DNA of 63,535 bases, the filler included, from Octopus bimaculoides (lineage: Eukaryota): assembly GCF_001194135.2 (NCBI RefSeq). It is 7 parts of 7 records of this genome, joined end to end, with 100 filler letters (N's around TTAATTAATTAA, not from the genome) between each part and the next. Parts side by side here need not be neighbours in the genome. Positions count along the whole stretch, not along the records: positions 20,754 to 42,475 come from NC_069010.1; positions 42,576 to 49,234 come from NC_068988.1; positions 49,335 to 54,331 come from NC_068995.1; 4 more parts are not named here. The stretch is one strand, 5' to 3'. Below are positions 38,750 to 52,301 of this stretch, one piece after another. Every line of letters begins with the position of its first letter. Position 1 is the first letter of the stretch. Position numbers and translations under genes: made by a program. Below the pieces are notes generated by a model that was given only the letters and a program-made list of their open reading frames with translations, ran no database searches and had not been told where the DNA came from.

Positions 38750-38861
38750 ACAATGGTGCCAAGATACATTTAGACATTTCAACAATCTCTTCAGTTCTCC
38801 GGAAGCCAGTGATTGTGGCATAGCACTGATGTCTGGTTTTCTGTTGAGCAACAAAGAGGAG
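38750..38861 (+). CDS. DDO: DDO/DAO coding exon 2
   Basis: Acceptor ctctttag|; (K)QWCQDTFRHFNNLFSSPEASDCGIALMSGFLLSNKEE; donor GAG|GTGAGT, phase 0. Confidence 0.88.
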
Positions 38862-39509
38862 GTGAGTTCAATCCTCATGAAAGGAGGTCGGGTGGGAAGA
38901 TGGTGGTGTGACGTGGGGGGGTATCTTATTCTTTGGTTTGTTCCGAGGAGAGGGTCTGGGCTCACTGTTTTTATTATTCCATGTGGATTTATGTGTGTGT
39001 GTGTGTGTGTTTGTGCACGCATGCATGTATGTGTTTGTGTGTGTATGCATGCGTGTGTGTATGTGTGTGTGCGTGCATGTGTGTGTGTTTCGTCTAGCAG
39101 TAATGTTAGCACACTAGGCGAAATGCTTAGCGGTATTTTGTCTGTCTCTATGTTCTGAGTTCAAATTCCACCAAGGTCGGCTTTGCCTTTCATCCTTTCG
39201 GAGTTTATGAATTTAGTACCAGTTGCATACTGGGGTCGATCTAATCGACTGGCCCCCCTCCCCCAAAATTTCGGGCCTTGTGCCCAGAGCAGAAAAGAAT
39301 ATTTGTAAAAGTTATTACAAGAAGATAACAATTGTTTACATTAAAACTGTAATTTTTTTTACATTTAACAAATAATTTCTTCAACTGCAATATCCTACAT
39401 TCTTTTTTATTTTTTTTAAAAACATAACAATAATATTAATATTTCTTGTTATAACTTCTGTTTTTTCCTGACCGACCTGTGTCTGGTACTACACCCTTAC
39501 AATATACAG

Positions 39510-39589
39510 CTTGACATGATTCAAGACATCAGCTTTGGTGAGACCAAGATGACTCCGGAGCAAATAGCCAATATGGGTTTCAACTACAA
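39510..39589 (+). CDS. DDO: DDO/DAO coding exon 3
   Basis: Acceptor aatatacag|; LDMIQDISFGETKMTPEQIANMGFNY(K); donor AA|GTGAGA, phase 2, which bridges exons 2 and 4 in frame. Confidence 0.8.
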
Positions 39590-39911
39590 GTGAGATCAAT
39601 CCCCTTTCTATGTTTAACATACTTTGTTTTCTTTTTCTTTCTTATATTCTCCATCATACTTTCTACCATTATTTCATATCTATTTATATCTCTCTCTCTC
39701 TGTCTGTCTATCTATGTATCTTTCTATTTTCTATCTATCTATCTATGTACCTACCTATCCATCCATCCATCCATGTATGTATGTGTATGTGTGTCACTCT
39801 GTGTGTATATGTATGTGCTTGTGTGTGTGTATCTATGTATATCTGTCTGTGTGTCTGCTTTTTCCATCTTTCCTCTTCCTCCCCTAACGTCTTCTATTCT
39901 TCCATTCACAG

Positions 39912-39977
39912 ACACGTGACCAAAATGTTGACTTACACAATGGAATGCCGCAAATATCTGCCATGGTTAACTTCAAA
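39912..39977 (+). CDS. DDO: DDO/DAO coding exon 4
   Basis: Acceptor ccattcacag|; HVTKMLTYTMECRKYLPWLTS(K) contains the family motif E...YLPWL; donor AA|GTAAGT. Confidence 0.9.
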
Positions 39978-41162
39978 GTAAGTCATTTGATCCTTGCAAA
40001 CCAGCTCTTAATATCCAAATCCCCGGCCTTCACTTCTAACAACCACAGTATTTCCTGAACCAGCTTCTTATCACCCACTTTTTGTGTCCAACCAACCAAA
40101 CCCTGACCTTTATATCTATCTATCTGCCCATCCATCTGTTCGTCCATTTGACTGTCTGTCCATCTGCCCATCCATTTGTCCATCCGTCCATCCCATTCAT
40201 CCCTCTGACCATTCGTCTGTCTGTCCATTCAGATTTTATTCAACATATTCTGCTCTCAGATTCACACACTAATTGTATCAGTCCTTCAGTTTTACTAAGC
40301 CCTGTAAAAAAAAGCTCAGAAGGTTGGGCCTCTAACCAGGCTTTTCCTAATACCCTTAAAGCCGGGAACCTTTCAGCATCCCCCTTATTTACTGTTGTTT
40401 CTTCTGGTCATATTATTCTGCATTCTCTCAAAAACGTTCACCATTCTAAAAGAAACGACCCCATTTTTTGCCTTAACCACATCGTGACATTGACCTCCTC
40501 CCATTTAGGGTGTTACAAAATAAGATACAAATTCTCGAGAGGTAAAAACATCATCGTCACTCAATAATATTGTTTGCTGGGAGAAATGTTGTGAAACATG
40601 AGATTTTGTTGACAAATTCTGTCTGTTTAAATTACTTCATTGTGATTTTTTTCATGTTGGTCATTAAATAAACAATCCTACTTAAAAAATGCTTTCGGAA
40701 AACCTTTTATCAGTCTTCTCTTTTTTAATATCAGTCTTCTCTTTTTTAAAAAAATGCAGATATACTTTATCGTTGTCCATATGGTGAATTTTCCACACAC
40801 ATCCCACATCCCCAGCCCTTTCTTACCAAAAGTCCCTTGCATCTCTAGACTTCTTGCTCTCTCCAGCCGGTTGTAAGAAATTTTCTAGTAAACATTTTTA
40901 CTGTAGGAATTTCCTATCAGAAATTCTTCACATTGAGAATGAAATAATAATGAATTAATACCCCCCCCCNNNNNNNNNNNNNNNNNNNNNNNNNNNNNNN
41001 NNNNNNNNNNNNNNNNNNNNNNNNNNNNNNNNNNNNNNNNNNNNNNNNNNNNNNNNNNNNNNNNNNNNNNNNNTATATATAGATATATATATATATATAT
41101 ACACACATACATACACGCATGTGTACACACTCACACATATATTATACATTATTTTATTCCAG

Positions 41163-41217
41163 GTTCCTGTCACTGGGAGGCAATGTGCACCATCATAGAT
41201 TGAAGAGTTTGGAAGAG
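41163..41217 (+). CDS. DDO: DDO/DAO coding exon 5
   Basis: Acceptor ttttattccag|; FLSLGGNVHHHRLKSLEE; donor GAG|GTGAGT, phase 0. Confidence 0.9.
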
Positions 41218-41747
41218 GTGAGTGTCTTGTGCCCTTGGATAGGAAGCCTATCTTATCTGACACTAAAATTTTACACAGACTCCATTGAAGAATGTTAATC
41301 TACAAGTCTAGAGGTCTTTTGTTCCAATCCAACCCCAGGCACTGAGCTCTGTCGATAACCAAAGACATTTACTTGAACATTTTCTGGCTCTTTCCACCTT
41401 ACTATGAATAAGACCCAGGAGGAGGTGATATTGACTGAATCAGCTGTTTTCCTTTCTTAGTTCAAATTCCAGCAACGTCAACTTTGCCTTTCCTCCTTTC
41501 GGGGGTTCATAAAACAAGTATCGGTTGAATACTTGCGGGGATGGGGTCGATGCAGTTGACTAAGTTCCTCCCTTGAAATTACTGGCTTCCTCCCAGAATT
41601 TGAAACCCCCATTTTTTGAAACACTGTTACTATGATATCTATTTTCTCTTTTACATCAATCATCCGAAATTTCTGCCGTGCAATCTCTGATGCCTCACAA
41701 CACGGCCATTACCACCAACAACAACAACGCCATTAACATCGCACAAG

Positions 41748-41849
41748 CTCGTGGGAGTCTACGATGTGGTTGTCAACTGTTCGGGCCTTGGAGCAAAGGA
41801 CCTTGTGTCTGATCCCTTAGTGTACCCTGTGAAAGGCCAGCTGATCCAA
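41748..41849 (+). CDS. DDO: DDO/DAO coding exon 6 (last visible; gene truncated by scaffold join)
   Basis: LVGVYDVVVNCSGLGAKDLVSDPLVYPVKGQLIQ matches the DAO-family D.VVNC.GLGA..L..D..V.P.RGQ motif; donor CAA|GTAAGC. The six exons total 609 nt (203 aa) in one frame. Confidence 0.9.
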
Positions 41850-42224
41850 GTAAGCCTGCTCTCCCAATTCTTCTCCTAATTTTTTGTTTTTGTCTTCCAT
41901 ACATATAGCACACACACACACACAAGACTGTAGATTGTGATTTGTGGAGGGAGATTTGGCTGCTATTTCTAGCATATCTAGCTACCACGTAGAGGTCTCC
42001 CTCATTGGCTCATACATACATATATACATAGATAAGAGAGTGGGGTTTGATTTGAGGGAGATTTGGTTGCTATTTCGAGCATGCTGATGTGATACCCAGA
42101 AGTCATCTTGGTATTTGTTTGTGCTGTTCTGTTGGCTGTTATTATGCAATTGTCCCAGGAAGGGTTGAATAAAAACAGATAGAGGGATGAAGAGGGAGGG
42201 CTGGTGGTGGTGGTGATTATATAA

Positions 42225-42264
<40 letters not shown>

Positions 42265-44202
42265 GTGATGACATAGTGGTATTTGAAGTGGTGGTGGTGG
42301 TGTTGGGGGTGTTGGTTTTTTAGCAGCTGTTGACCTTTGATGACCTTTCACTGTTGTCTCTTAATTACAAAAACAACAAACAGAAGGAAAAAAACAAACA
42401 CACAAACAAACAAAGAGTAAAAAGAAAGAAACAAAACTACAATTGATAACAAGATTTGGGAATTGTGTCAGCTGTNNNNNNNNNNNNNNNNNNNNNNNNN
42501 NNNNNNNNNNNNNNNNNNNTTAATTAATTAANNNNNNNNNNNNNNNNNNNNNNNNNNNNNNNNNNNNNNNNNNNNGAGATTCAGCATGACACACGATGTG
42601 ACAAGGCTGACCCTTTCAAATACAGGTATTACACACTTTTTGCTAGCAATGTGAAATAAAATGTCTTGCTCAAGGATATAACATGCCTCTCTGGGAATCA
42701 AACTCATGACCTTACATTTGAGAGCCGAATATCACTAACTACTAAGCCATGTGCCTTCACCACACACACACACACACATATATATATTCTGTAAAAAGTC
42801 GTGGGTAAGGCCAAAACAATGCGAAGTAAATGCAAGGCAAATCACAAGAAAACAAATATGTGAATTAATGTAGACTTACCTTGTATTCAATATTTCGAGG
42901 TTACGACCCCATTTTCAAGAAATTGACAAATGTTGCCGATGTGCGTGTGTGTGTAAGCATGTGTGGATTGGACATGTGCAGATAGGTGTTGCTATAACAA
43001 CCACCTAATTTCCTGTGTATATTCATATATATCCATATATATATATATACATATATTTACATACAATAAGAGAAAAGAACTTGAGCTTGACTTTGGTTTT
43101 TCGTTATTACGTTAGTTACTTGCTTCAAGATTTGGTAATGAATAATGTCATATAATGAATGCAATTGGTAGATGCAGCTTATTAGTGTACCATGCTTAAT
43201 CAAGCCCAGATACTTCCTTAGACAGACAAAGGAATAGCATTTATAGTGTGACCTCATTTATTACTGAATACAGAAACATGTAACTGGAGTAATAGACGAC
43301 TCAGTCTCTAGTGGATCTAAAGAAGAAAGTGAACAATCAGGATGTATGGAGAAGGTTCATTGTCCATTGTGCCAACAACACTGGAGGATATAAGAGCTAA
43401 GAAGGTAATAAAGGACTTCCAAGTTCAAGCCCACGTTTTTTCTCTTTTTACTGATGTGCTAAAGATGATGAGCTGACAGAATCGCTAGCATGCCGGGCAA
43501 AATGCATAGCGGCATTTACATTGTCTTTACATTCAGTGTTCAAATTCTGCTGAGGTTGATTTTTGCCTTTTATATTTTCGGGGGTTGATGAAATAATTAC
43601 CAGCTGAACACTGAGGTCGATGTAATTAACTTACACCCTTCCTGCAAACTGCTGCTTTTCATCCTTTCGGTGGGGGTTGATAAAATAAGTCCGTGATGAG
43701 TGCTGAGGTCGATGCAGTCGACTTGCCGCTGCCCACAAAACCGCTGGTCTTGTTCCAAAATTTGGAAACATCATTAAGAGGCCCTCATTTTTCAGCTAGA
43801 TACAACAGGGAGAATTTGGGAAACATGGAATGGAGTGGTGAAGACTAATACTAAGATGCTGTGATGAATGAAGAAGATGACTAATGATCAAAATGATTAA
43901 TAACACACATTACTAGAGGACACCAAATTACCTATGCAGTTGAGTACTGGGATCAATGTACTTGATTATGCCCACCTCCCAACAAATTTCAGGCCTTGTG
44001 TCTGTAGTAGAAACTATTATTGATGTGCTGTTTATGTTACATTATAATCCTTTCCAGGCCACATAGAATCCTTTGAAATGATGCAATGGTTGGAGTTTAA
44101 TGTGATTACTAATAAGAGCCGCAACCTAAATGGTAACTTTTTCATGCACTGAGCACATCCATTCCTATGTGTGTGTACTTAAACCCAGATTCACATACAA
44201 CA

Positions 44203-44236
<34 letters not shown>

Positions 44237-44358
44237 TGGAATAGTCACTTCTGATAAGCTTTAATTTTAAGCAAAACTAGACTAGTATGGTGATTTCACT
44301 CAATGAGGTAGTTATCTCCCCTGTCAGTGCATAGACCTGTACTTTTTGTCACCTTCAT

Positions 44359-44403
<45 letters not shown>

Positions 44404-44638
44404 CCAATAAATCATATTCAAGCAGAATAGTATATAGAAGGAATTATAATTCAAGCTGTGTCCTTGTGTAGCGCTAAAATGAGGCATCCATAACATTTAA
44501 AATTTCTGGTGAATTCTATTTGCAAAGTAATTTACATATCAAAACAAAAAACTGGAAAAATATAAAATATACCAAATTTTTCCAGTAATTTGTTTTGAGA
44601 CACACAATAGCCTCAAACACATATACACTCGTTCATAT

Positions 44639-44687
<49 letters not shown>

Positions 44688-45926
44688 TACATGAAAATGC
44701 ATATCACTCCATGAAATGCACACATTAGGTTGCTTATACACATACACACTCCCACACGCACACACAAAGGCCCACATAATTTTAAGCTTACCCACACATA
44801 CATTCACACACACTCACCCCCATTCACACATACATGCTCACACACACCATTCTCACATACACATACGCACTTGTGCACACTAGTTCAGTCGGGTGATCGT
44901 TATTATCTTCCCTTCATTCAGCCTCTTTCTTCCAGTAATTTCATCATGTTGAACCATTAATCTCTACATCTTTTTTTCTTTCTCTGTATTTTTTTATTCC
45001 CTCCTTTTTTCTTTTCTTCACAATCCTTTTTGCCGAAGAGCATAGGCTCAAAAGGTCAAAGACTTTTCCATTCTTACTGAGTGTTGAACTAATACACCTG
45101 CTTGTTGTTCCTTCACTTGTCTTCACCTTTTGTTTTCTGTAAATTTGAACTATACACACACACACACACACATCATGGTATCAACCAGATTAGTGGATGT
45201 TGTTACACATTGCTAGTCACGATGAACTTTGCATCATTTTAGCTGTCGAAAGATGCCAGTTCGCTGGCTAGGCTCGTAACCTAATATATATATTAGCCTG
45301 CTAGCCTAGCCAGCCGATATATATATGTGTGTATATAAAAATATATTTTACGGAGATGTACTTGCATAGCAAGTGACTTGATCTGAGATCGTGTGCTGAA
45401 ACAAAAACAATTGCAGCGTGGAAGGTGTTTATAAGTTATTTAAAAAACACAAAAACCGTTAGATTCACTTCAATATTTAAATTTAATTTGTGTCAAAATA
45501 CTTTTGTCGCTTTGAAATGGCTTATAAACACCTTCCACACTGCAATTGTTTATATATATATATATATATATATATTAAATATATATATAGGGTAGCAAAT
45601 ATTTTTACAAATTTCACTACCAGTGTTCTAGCATGTATAAAAAAAAAATTCGAAACCAATAGGTATAACCGTAAAAGTTTTTATTTNNNNNNNNNNNNNN
45701 NNNNNNNNNNNNNNNNNNNNNNNNNNNNNNNNNNNNNNNNNNNNNNNNNNNNNNNNNNNNNNNNNNNNNNNNNNNNNNNNNNNNNNNNNNNNNNNNNNNN
45801 NNNNNNNNNNNNNNNNNNNNNNNNNNNNNNNNNNNNNNNNNNNNNNNNNNNNNNNNNNNNNNNNNNNNNNNNNNNNNNNNNNNNNNNNNNNNNNNNNNNN
45901 NNNNNNNNNNNNNNNNNNNNNNNNNN

Positions 45927-45989
<63 letters not shown>

Positions 45990-46229
45990 GTATGAATATA
46001 TATGCGTATATATACATACATGAATATATATATACGTATGAATATATATATATATATATGTATACATACATGAATATATATTCATACATATATACATACA
46101 CACTTACAAGTGTGTTTGTGTTGATTTACAAGTAGAAAGCAGTATTCAGTACACGTAGTAGATTTTATTCATTTGTAGCAAATATGTCTTATTCTTTTTT
46201 TCAATTCCTTTTTTATATATTTTTCACAG

Positions 46230-46376
46230 AACCCAGTTAATGGAGTTAGTGAAGTATTCAGACGCAGGGCCCAAATGGCCAAAGAGTCCCCTTTCACACA
46301 ACAAGTTGTTAACACTGGACCTCTCTCACATGGACCTTCAACAGTTTATCGACGAAGATTTTCACCATCCAACTCA
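46230..46376 (+). CDS. Candidate orphan exon of an unidentified gene
   Basis: Acceptor ttttcacag|, 147 nt open in phase 0 (NPVNGVSEVFRRRAQMAKESPFTQQVVNTGPLSHGPSTVYRRRFSPSNS), donor TCA|GTAAGA. No recognisable homology. Confidence 0.35.
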
Positions 46377-46609
46377 GTAAGAACTTTTGAGCTTTTGGTC
46401 TTTATTTGTTTTTATAACATAGGTGCATGCATGGCTGTGTGGTTTAAAAAGATTGTTTCACAACCATTTGGTTTTGGGTTCAGTCCTACTGTGTGGCATC
46501 TTGGGCCAGTGTCTTCTACTATAGCCCCAGACTGATCAAAGCCTGGTGGATGGATTTGCTTGGCAGAAGCTAAAAGAAGCCCATCATCATCATGCTGGTA
46601 TGGGTTGGA

Positions 46610-46685
<76 letters not shown>

Positions 46686-46929
46686 TACAGTGGAGGTGCA
46701 ATGTTTCATTTGCTAATAGGAATTATTAGGTTTTTACATGTTAGATAAACATGTAAGAAATTTCCTATTAGAAATTCTTCAGACAGAGTGCCAAATAGTA
46801 TATTATTCAATTCTCTATTACAAATTCTTTGGACAGAGAGTCAAATAATGTGTTTGGGTTGTCTCTGTATATAAGTGTCTCTGTCATAGAAGCAATGTAA
46901 TTCATTTCCAATATTCTGTGAAAATATGT

Positions 46930-47190
46930 CTGGCCACTGGGAATTAATTATCACCTCGCTTGGAAACAGATGAGAGTTGGTGATAGGAAGGGCTTCCAGC
47001 TGTAGAAAATTCCGGCCTCAGTAATCTCCATTGAATCCATGCAAGCACAGACGAATGGACATTAAAATGGTGGTCATGATGATGATGATGATGGTGATGA
47101 GGATGAGGATGATGATGATGATGACAATGACGATGATGACAATGACGACGATGATGATGATGATGCTGGTGATGATGATGATGATGATGA
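46930..47190 (+). mobile_element. RTE-related tail repeat with expanded (GAT)n
   Basis: 'gagttggtgataggaagggcttccagctgtagaaa...aatggacattaaaa' followed by a long GAT/GAC run. Confidence 0.55.
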
Positions 47191-48184
47191 TCCTTCATAA
47201 AACAAATATTTTGTTTTTTGTTGTTCTAGTTGTAGTGGTGACTGTTTGAGTGGTGTTGGTGGTGGTAGAGGCAGTGGTTGTTGAGGAGCTGCTTGTTACT
47301 GTTGTAATTGTTATTGTTGTGGCGGTTGTTGTGTGGTGGTTCTGGTGGTTAGTGTAGTTAGTGTTGATGTTCTAGTAGCCACAGTATAGCTGAATGGTTA
47401 AGAAATACATTTCACAGTCATAAGGTCCCAGGTTCAATCTGACTACGTGGTATCTTTGGCAAGTATAATTTTTCTGCAACCTGAAGTTGATCCATACCTT
47501 GTGAGTGAAACTGGATAGATGGAAACTCTGCTTATCCTATAACTTGGGGCTCCACCCTGACATCCTATCCTTACTATTCTGTCTTTTCCAGCTTCATTAC
47601 AGCAAGATTTAACTCTTATTTCTTGTAGGCTTAGTGACAATGTAGAGCAGATGCAATGAACCCCCCTCCCTTTGATTGCAAGTTAGATATCTTCCACATA
47701 TTTGAAATTATCTACTGATGAACTCTCTAGGAACTCTCGAAAGAAACCCACTGCTGATCAAACAAATTTATGACCGACATTCCATTCATGACTATCCCAC
47801 CTTTGATACAAAGGACTACTTAGATATTGTTTCCTCATCCTCCTTCTCCCTTTCTCTCTTATTTTACTTCTTTATATTATCCTTCTCCTCCTCTCTTCCT
47901 CCTCTTTTCCTCTCCTCCAGCCCTGTGTCAACCTTGAGCGGGCTAATTTTTTATGAAAACCATTCCAGATATGACTATCTAGTCTGTTTTGTTTCCAGAT
48001 ACATTTCTTCTAGGACTACATTTCTCGAACATATACTTCTATCTAATCCCTTTTAAACAGTAAGATATGATTTAAGGGTGATTTGCCTGCTATCTTTTGC
48101 AGATCAGGCAACCACATGCAGTCTCTACTACTATCCTTCTATATGGAGGATAGTAATAACACCGAGGTGTTCTGATAGTTTTAG

Positions 48185-48665
48185 CATGTGACTGTGTGGT
48201 AGGAAGTCTGCTTCCCAGCCACATGGTTCCAAGTTCAGTCCTACTGCGTGGCACCTTGGGCGAGTGTCTTCTACTATAGCCTCAGGTTGACGTAAGCCTT
48301 GTGAGTGGATTTGGTGGACAGAAACTGAAAGAAGCCCTTCATATACATATACTTGCATATGTATATTTGTGTATATGAAGGACTTCTTATGTATGTATGT
48401 ATGTATGTATTTGTCTGTCTGTCTGTCTGTCTATATATATATCTATGTGTGTATGTCTTTGTGGTTGTCCCTCCAATACCACTTGACAATCGGTGTGGGT
48501 TTGTTTATGTCCCTATAACTTAACAGTTCAGCTAAAAGAGGCCTGATAGAATAAGTACCAGGCTTTAAAACGCAAAAATACTATGGGTCAGTTTGTTCAG
48601 CTAAACCATTCAAGGCAGCAATCCAATGATTGAAACAAGGAAAAAGATAAAAATAAAAGTATGAT
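48185..48665 (+). mobile_element. tRNA-derived SINE (family A), full length with internal microsatellite
   Basis: Head 'gtggtaggaagtctgcttcccagccacatggttccaagttcagtcc', body 'ttgggcgagtgtcttctactatagcc', tail 'gataga ataagtaccagg...ttcagctaaa'. Confidence 0.8.
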
Positions 48666-49193
48666 AAGACATGCCTTGACATATAGAATGGTAAAGACAG
48701 CTTGGTCATCATCTCGTTTGACCAGTCTGTCTGGACATGTTACATCTAATTTGCTGTCCATTTTATTTATCTTGTCTCTCGTGATTTGGTGTGATATAAC
48801 CACAGAGAGAAGCAACCAAGATGAATTTTGTCCAGCATGTTAATTAATCACTGTTCATTAATTATTTTGTTCAGATATTCTTAGCCTGTTTTGATTATTC
48901 TATAAATCCATAGTCAAATGAGGACGGATAAGCTTAATTAATGAACTAGAGTTCTTTCATAGGCTAAAATTGGTTACTGGGTTGATGTTATCATTGGAGA
49001 TACTTAACAAATTTATGATGAAATGAATTTTCTTGGTATGGCACATGTGTGGTGGCTGTGTGGTAAGAAGTTTGCTCCCCAACCACATGGTCTTGGTTTT
49101 ACCTTTTTACCTTGGGCAAGTGTTTCTACTATAGCCACAAACTCACCAATCCTTGTGAGTAAATTTCAGCAGATGGAAAGTGAAAGAATCTTG

Positions 49194-49234
<41 letters not shown>

Positions 49235-49627
49235 NNNNNNNNNNNNNNNNNNNNNNNNNNNNNNNNNNNNNNNNNNNNTTAATTAATTAANNNNNNNNNN
49301 NNNNNNNNNNNNNNNNNNNNNNNNNNNNNNNNNNGCCGGTTAAGGAGGGGTCGACACTTTTGAGAAGGCACCAATTCAACATGTAGAACTGAAGCGTGCT
49401 GCTCAAAAACACACAGCGGTGGTGTAGTGAATGGGGGGGGGGGGCTTGGTCTGCAATGCTTGCGGTCGTGTGTGCTTGTCAAGGGCAGGGCTCATTAGCC
49501 GCCAACGGAGCCGCAAATGCGAAATATAAGTTAGTCCTAGAGCGCACAATGTTCCTGAAGGTCGGCAATGGTCTTCTTCGGTCACATGTCGACGGCCATC
49601 ATATAAATACATACATGCATACATAAC

Positions 49628-49688
<61 letters not shown>

Positions 49689-49990
49689 TTGTATGCGTAT
49701 ATGTGCATAGAAGTATTCACGATATGTAAACATCTGCAACGTTTTGCAATTCCGTTAACGGTTTGTATGTGTAATCATCTCATTAGCCACATTCCTTCTG
49801 ACTTTCTGTAAACCATCCTATCAAATATGTTCCATAACCAAATGGACCAATAAATTACAGACGGAAATCCAAAATGAAAGCTCATTTGTAAATATTTGCA
49901 AATTTTTCCATTCATTCGTCATTGATATTTCTTTTTACTTTCATCTTTTACATAAGATTTTATCATATATATAAAACACTATATTTTTAT

Positions 49991-50295
49991 AGACGCAGGC
50001 GTGGCTATGTGGTAAGAAGCTTGCTTCCCAATCACATGGCTCCAGGTTCAGTCTTACTGCATGATACCTTGGACAAGTGTCTTCTACTATAGCTTCAACC
50101 CAACCAATATATGTGCGTGTGTGCTTTCGTGTCTATGTTTGTCCCCTAATACAACTTGACGGCCGCTAGGTTTATGTCCCTGTTATCCTGCGCTTCGGCA
50201 AAAGAGACTGATGGAATTAGTGCCAGGGTTTAACAAAAATAAGTACTGGGTCGATTCATGGCTGCGGTCTAATAATTGATACAAATAAAGGATAC
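49991..50295 (+). mobile_element. tRNA-derived SINE (family A)
   Basis: 'gcaggcgtggctatgtggtaagaagcttgcttcccaatcacatgg...aagtgtcttctactatagc...aaataagtactgggtcgattc'. Confidence 0.8.
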
Positions 50296-51297
50296 AAGCT
50301 ATTTTTCTATATATTTTGTATTCCGTTAATCTTGATTTCCGTCATTAAACTGCGTCCGTACCGCCTTGAAGTGTTTCAATCAAACAAATTGATCCCAGTA
50401 ATCATTTCTCTTTAACTGGCACTTAATCTATGGAACATTTCTGCCGAACCACTAAGCTACATGGACGCAAACAAAGCAACACTAGTTGTCAAGCAATAGT
50501 GGTGACGGAGATATATTTAGAGAAATATGGGAGGTTGAGGATCTTTTCTGTTTGGCTGCAATTTTTGAAATGTTAAAATTAAATGAAATTTTTCAAATTT
50601 GGTGTATCGATGTAATTTTTCACGCCGAATCTCAGGGCTTAAGTTACTTGTTCCAGAAACATAAAAAAAAAGATAAATTTTACCCAGTCAGAAAACAGGA
50701 TTTGGAAGATGTCATTTTGTTGCGAGACTGCAATCATAAGACGACAAAACAATACAGTCAACATTGCGACGATACCACGTGTTTTAAGCAATTAATAAGC
50801 GGAAAACAACCAAAAACAAAAAAAACGAGTAAACAACACATATTTTGTAGTTTTAAGCATTCAATAAGCATTTAATACGAAAAAAAAGAGTAAACAACAC
50901 ATTGTGTACTTTTAAGAGCAGAAAAAAAGAACTAAATAAAAGAAGTATTTCGTAAACACATGGTTTTCATTTTTTGTAAACACACGTGATATATACAGGA
51001 GAGTTCCCAACACTTGATTTGTTACCATGGAAGCAGGCATATGTATGACTAGCTTTCGATTGGCTGAAATGACCCAAATTTTGAAAACTTCAAAAGCTAT
51101 TAAGTGTTTATGTATTAACTTATGGCCAAAATAATTTTCATGTCAATAATGAGCATACAAAACTACACCGACACACCAAATATGAAATCAATTGAAGAAA
51201 TTGAAAAGTGACATTGAAACAAAGATCCGAGGTTGATGACTTTGAAATAGCTTAACTGGAGATCTTTGTTGCTGGTATTCGGGCAAAGGAGATAGAT

Positions 51298-51391
<94 letters not shown>

Positions 51392-51654
51392 CTGACTGGA
51401 ATACATTAATCTTGAAAGCAAAAAAAGTAAAAGATAGGATGATCACGGCTGCTACCCCTCCATCATATCTCAACTCATTGAAAACTAATAAGCAACACCA
51501 ACAACAACGGCAACAACTCATTTCGCGACCAGCAAGGGAGAGAACTACAAAACTCGAATTCATGAAAAAACTGAATGGAAACGCGAAACCTAATCTTTGT
51601 TAAATAAGGAGACAGAAAGAAGGAGAGAGACAGAAAGAAGGAGGGAGAGAGAGG

Positions 51655-51705
<51 letters not shown>

Positions 51706-52059
51706 GAATGTGGGATGTTGAATAAACCGATTGAAAGCTGGCGGAAGGAAGACAAAGCGAGAATATTTATGTTGAGATTCTGGTGAACAATTCAGAACAT
51801 TCCAAAGATTCTCAACTTACTTTTTTTTTCTAAAGACAAGAGGTTCATTCATTGTAAGCATTCGAGCATGAATACATCCATACATTCACGCGCGTGTGCG
51901 CGCGCACACACACGTGCGCTCACATACGCACACACATACGAACACACACACACGCAGACATGAAAACGTGCACTGACAAATATACACACAGTGACATATA
52001 TATATATATATATATATACACACTTCCATTTACATATATATAAAATTAAAATAAATGCG

Positions 52060-52301
52060 CCCTTTCAAAGCTTAGCCGGGTTCAATGGCCCGGTTTCCCG
52101 ATTTCAATGGCGTATGTGTTCCCCAGCTGGACGGGACGCCAGTCCATCGCATCATTACTCATTTTGGCCAGCTGAGTGGACTGGAGCAACGTGAAATGAA
52201 GTGTCTTGCTCAAGAACACAACGCGTCGCCCGGTCCAGGAATCGAAACCACAATCTTACGATCATGATGCTGACACCCTAACCATTAAGCCATGCGCCTC
52301 C
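52060..52301 (-). mobile_element. tRNA-headed SINE with conserved central body
   Basis: Minus strand 'ggaggcgcatggcttaatggttagggtgtcagcatc...ggtttcgattcctggaccgggcg...ttgagcaagacacttc...gctccagtccactcagctgg'. Confidence 0.75.

Noticed and set aside
41218-41747. U12-type intron in DDO
   Set aside because: The donor is GTGAGT, not GTATCCTT, and the branch-like motif is not the full TCCTTAAC.
41850-46376. Fusion of the DDO N-terminal half to novel downstream exons
   Set aside because: An artificial scaffold linker at 42476-42575 separates them; missing sequence is the simpler explanation.
47714-47745. CTGATGA...GAAA as a hammerhead (similar hits at ~7492 and ~10222)
   Set aside because: No complementary stem II (47714, 7492) or no stem I partner (10222); core words alone are expected by chance.
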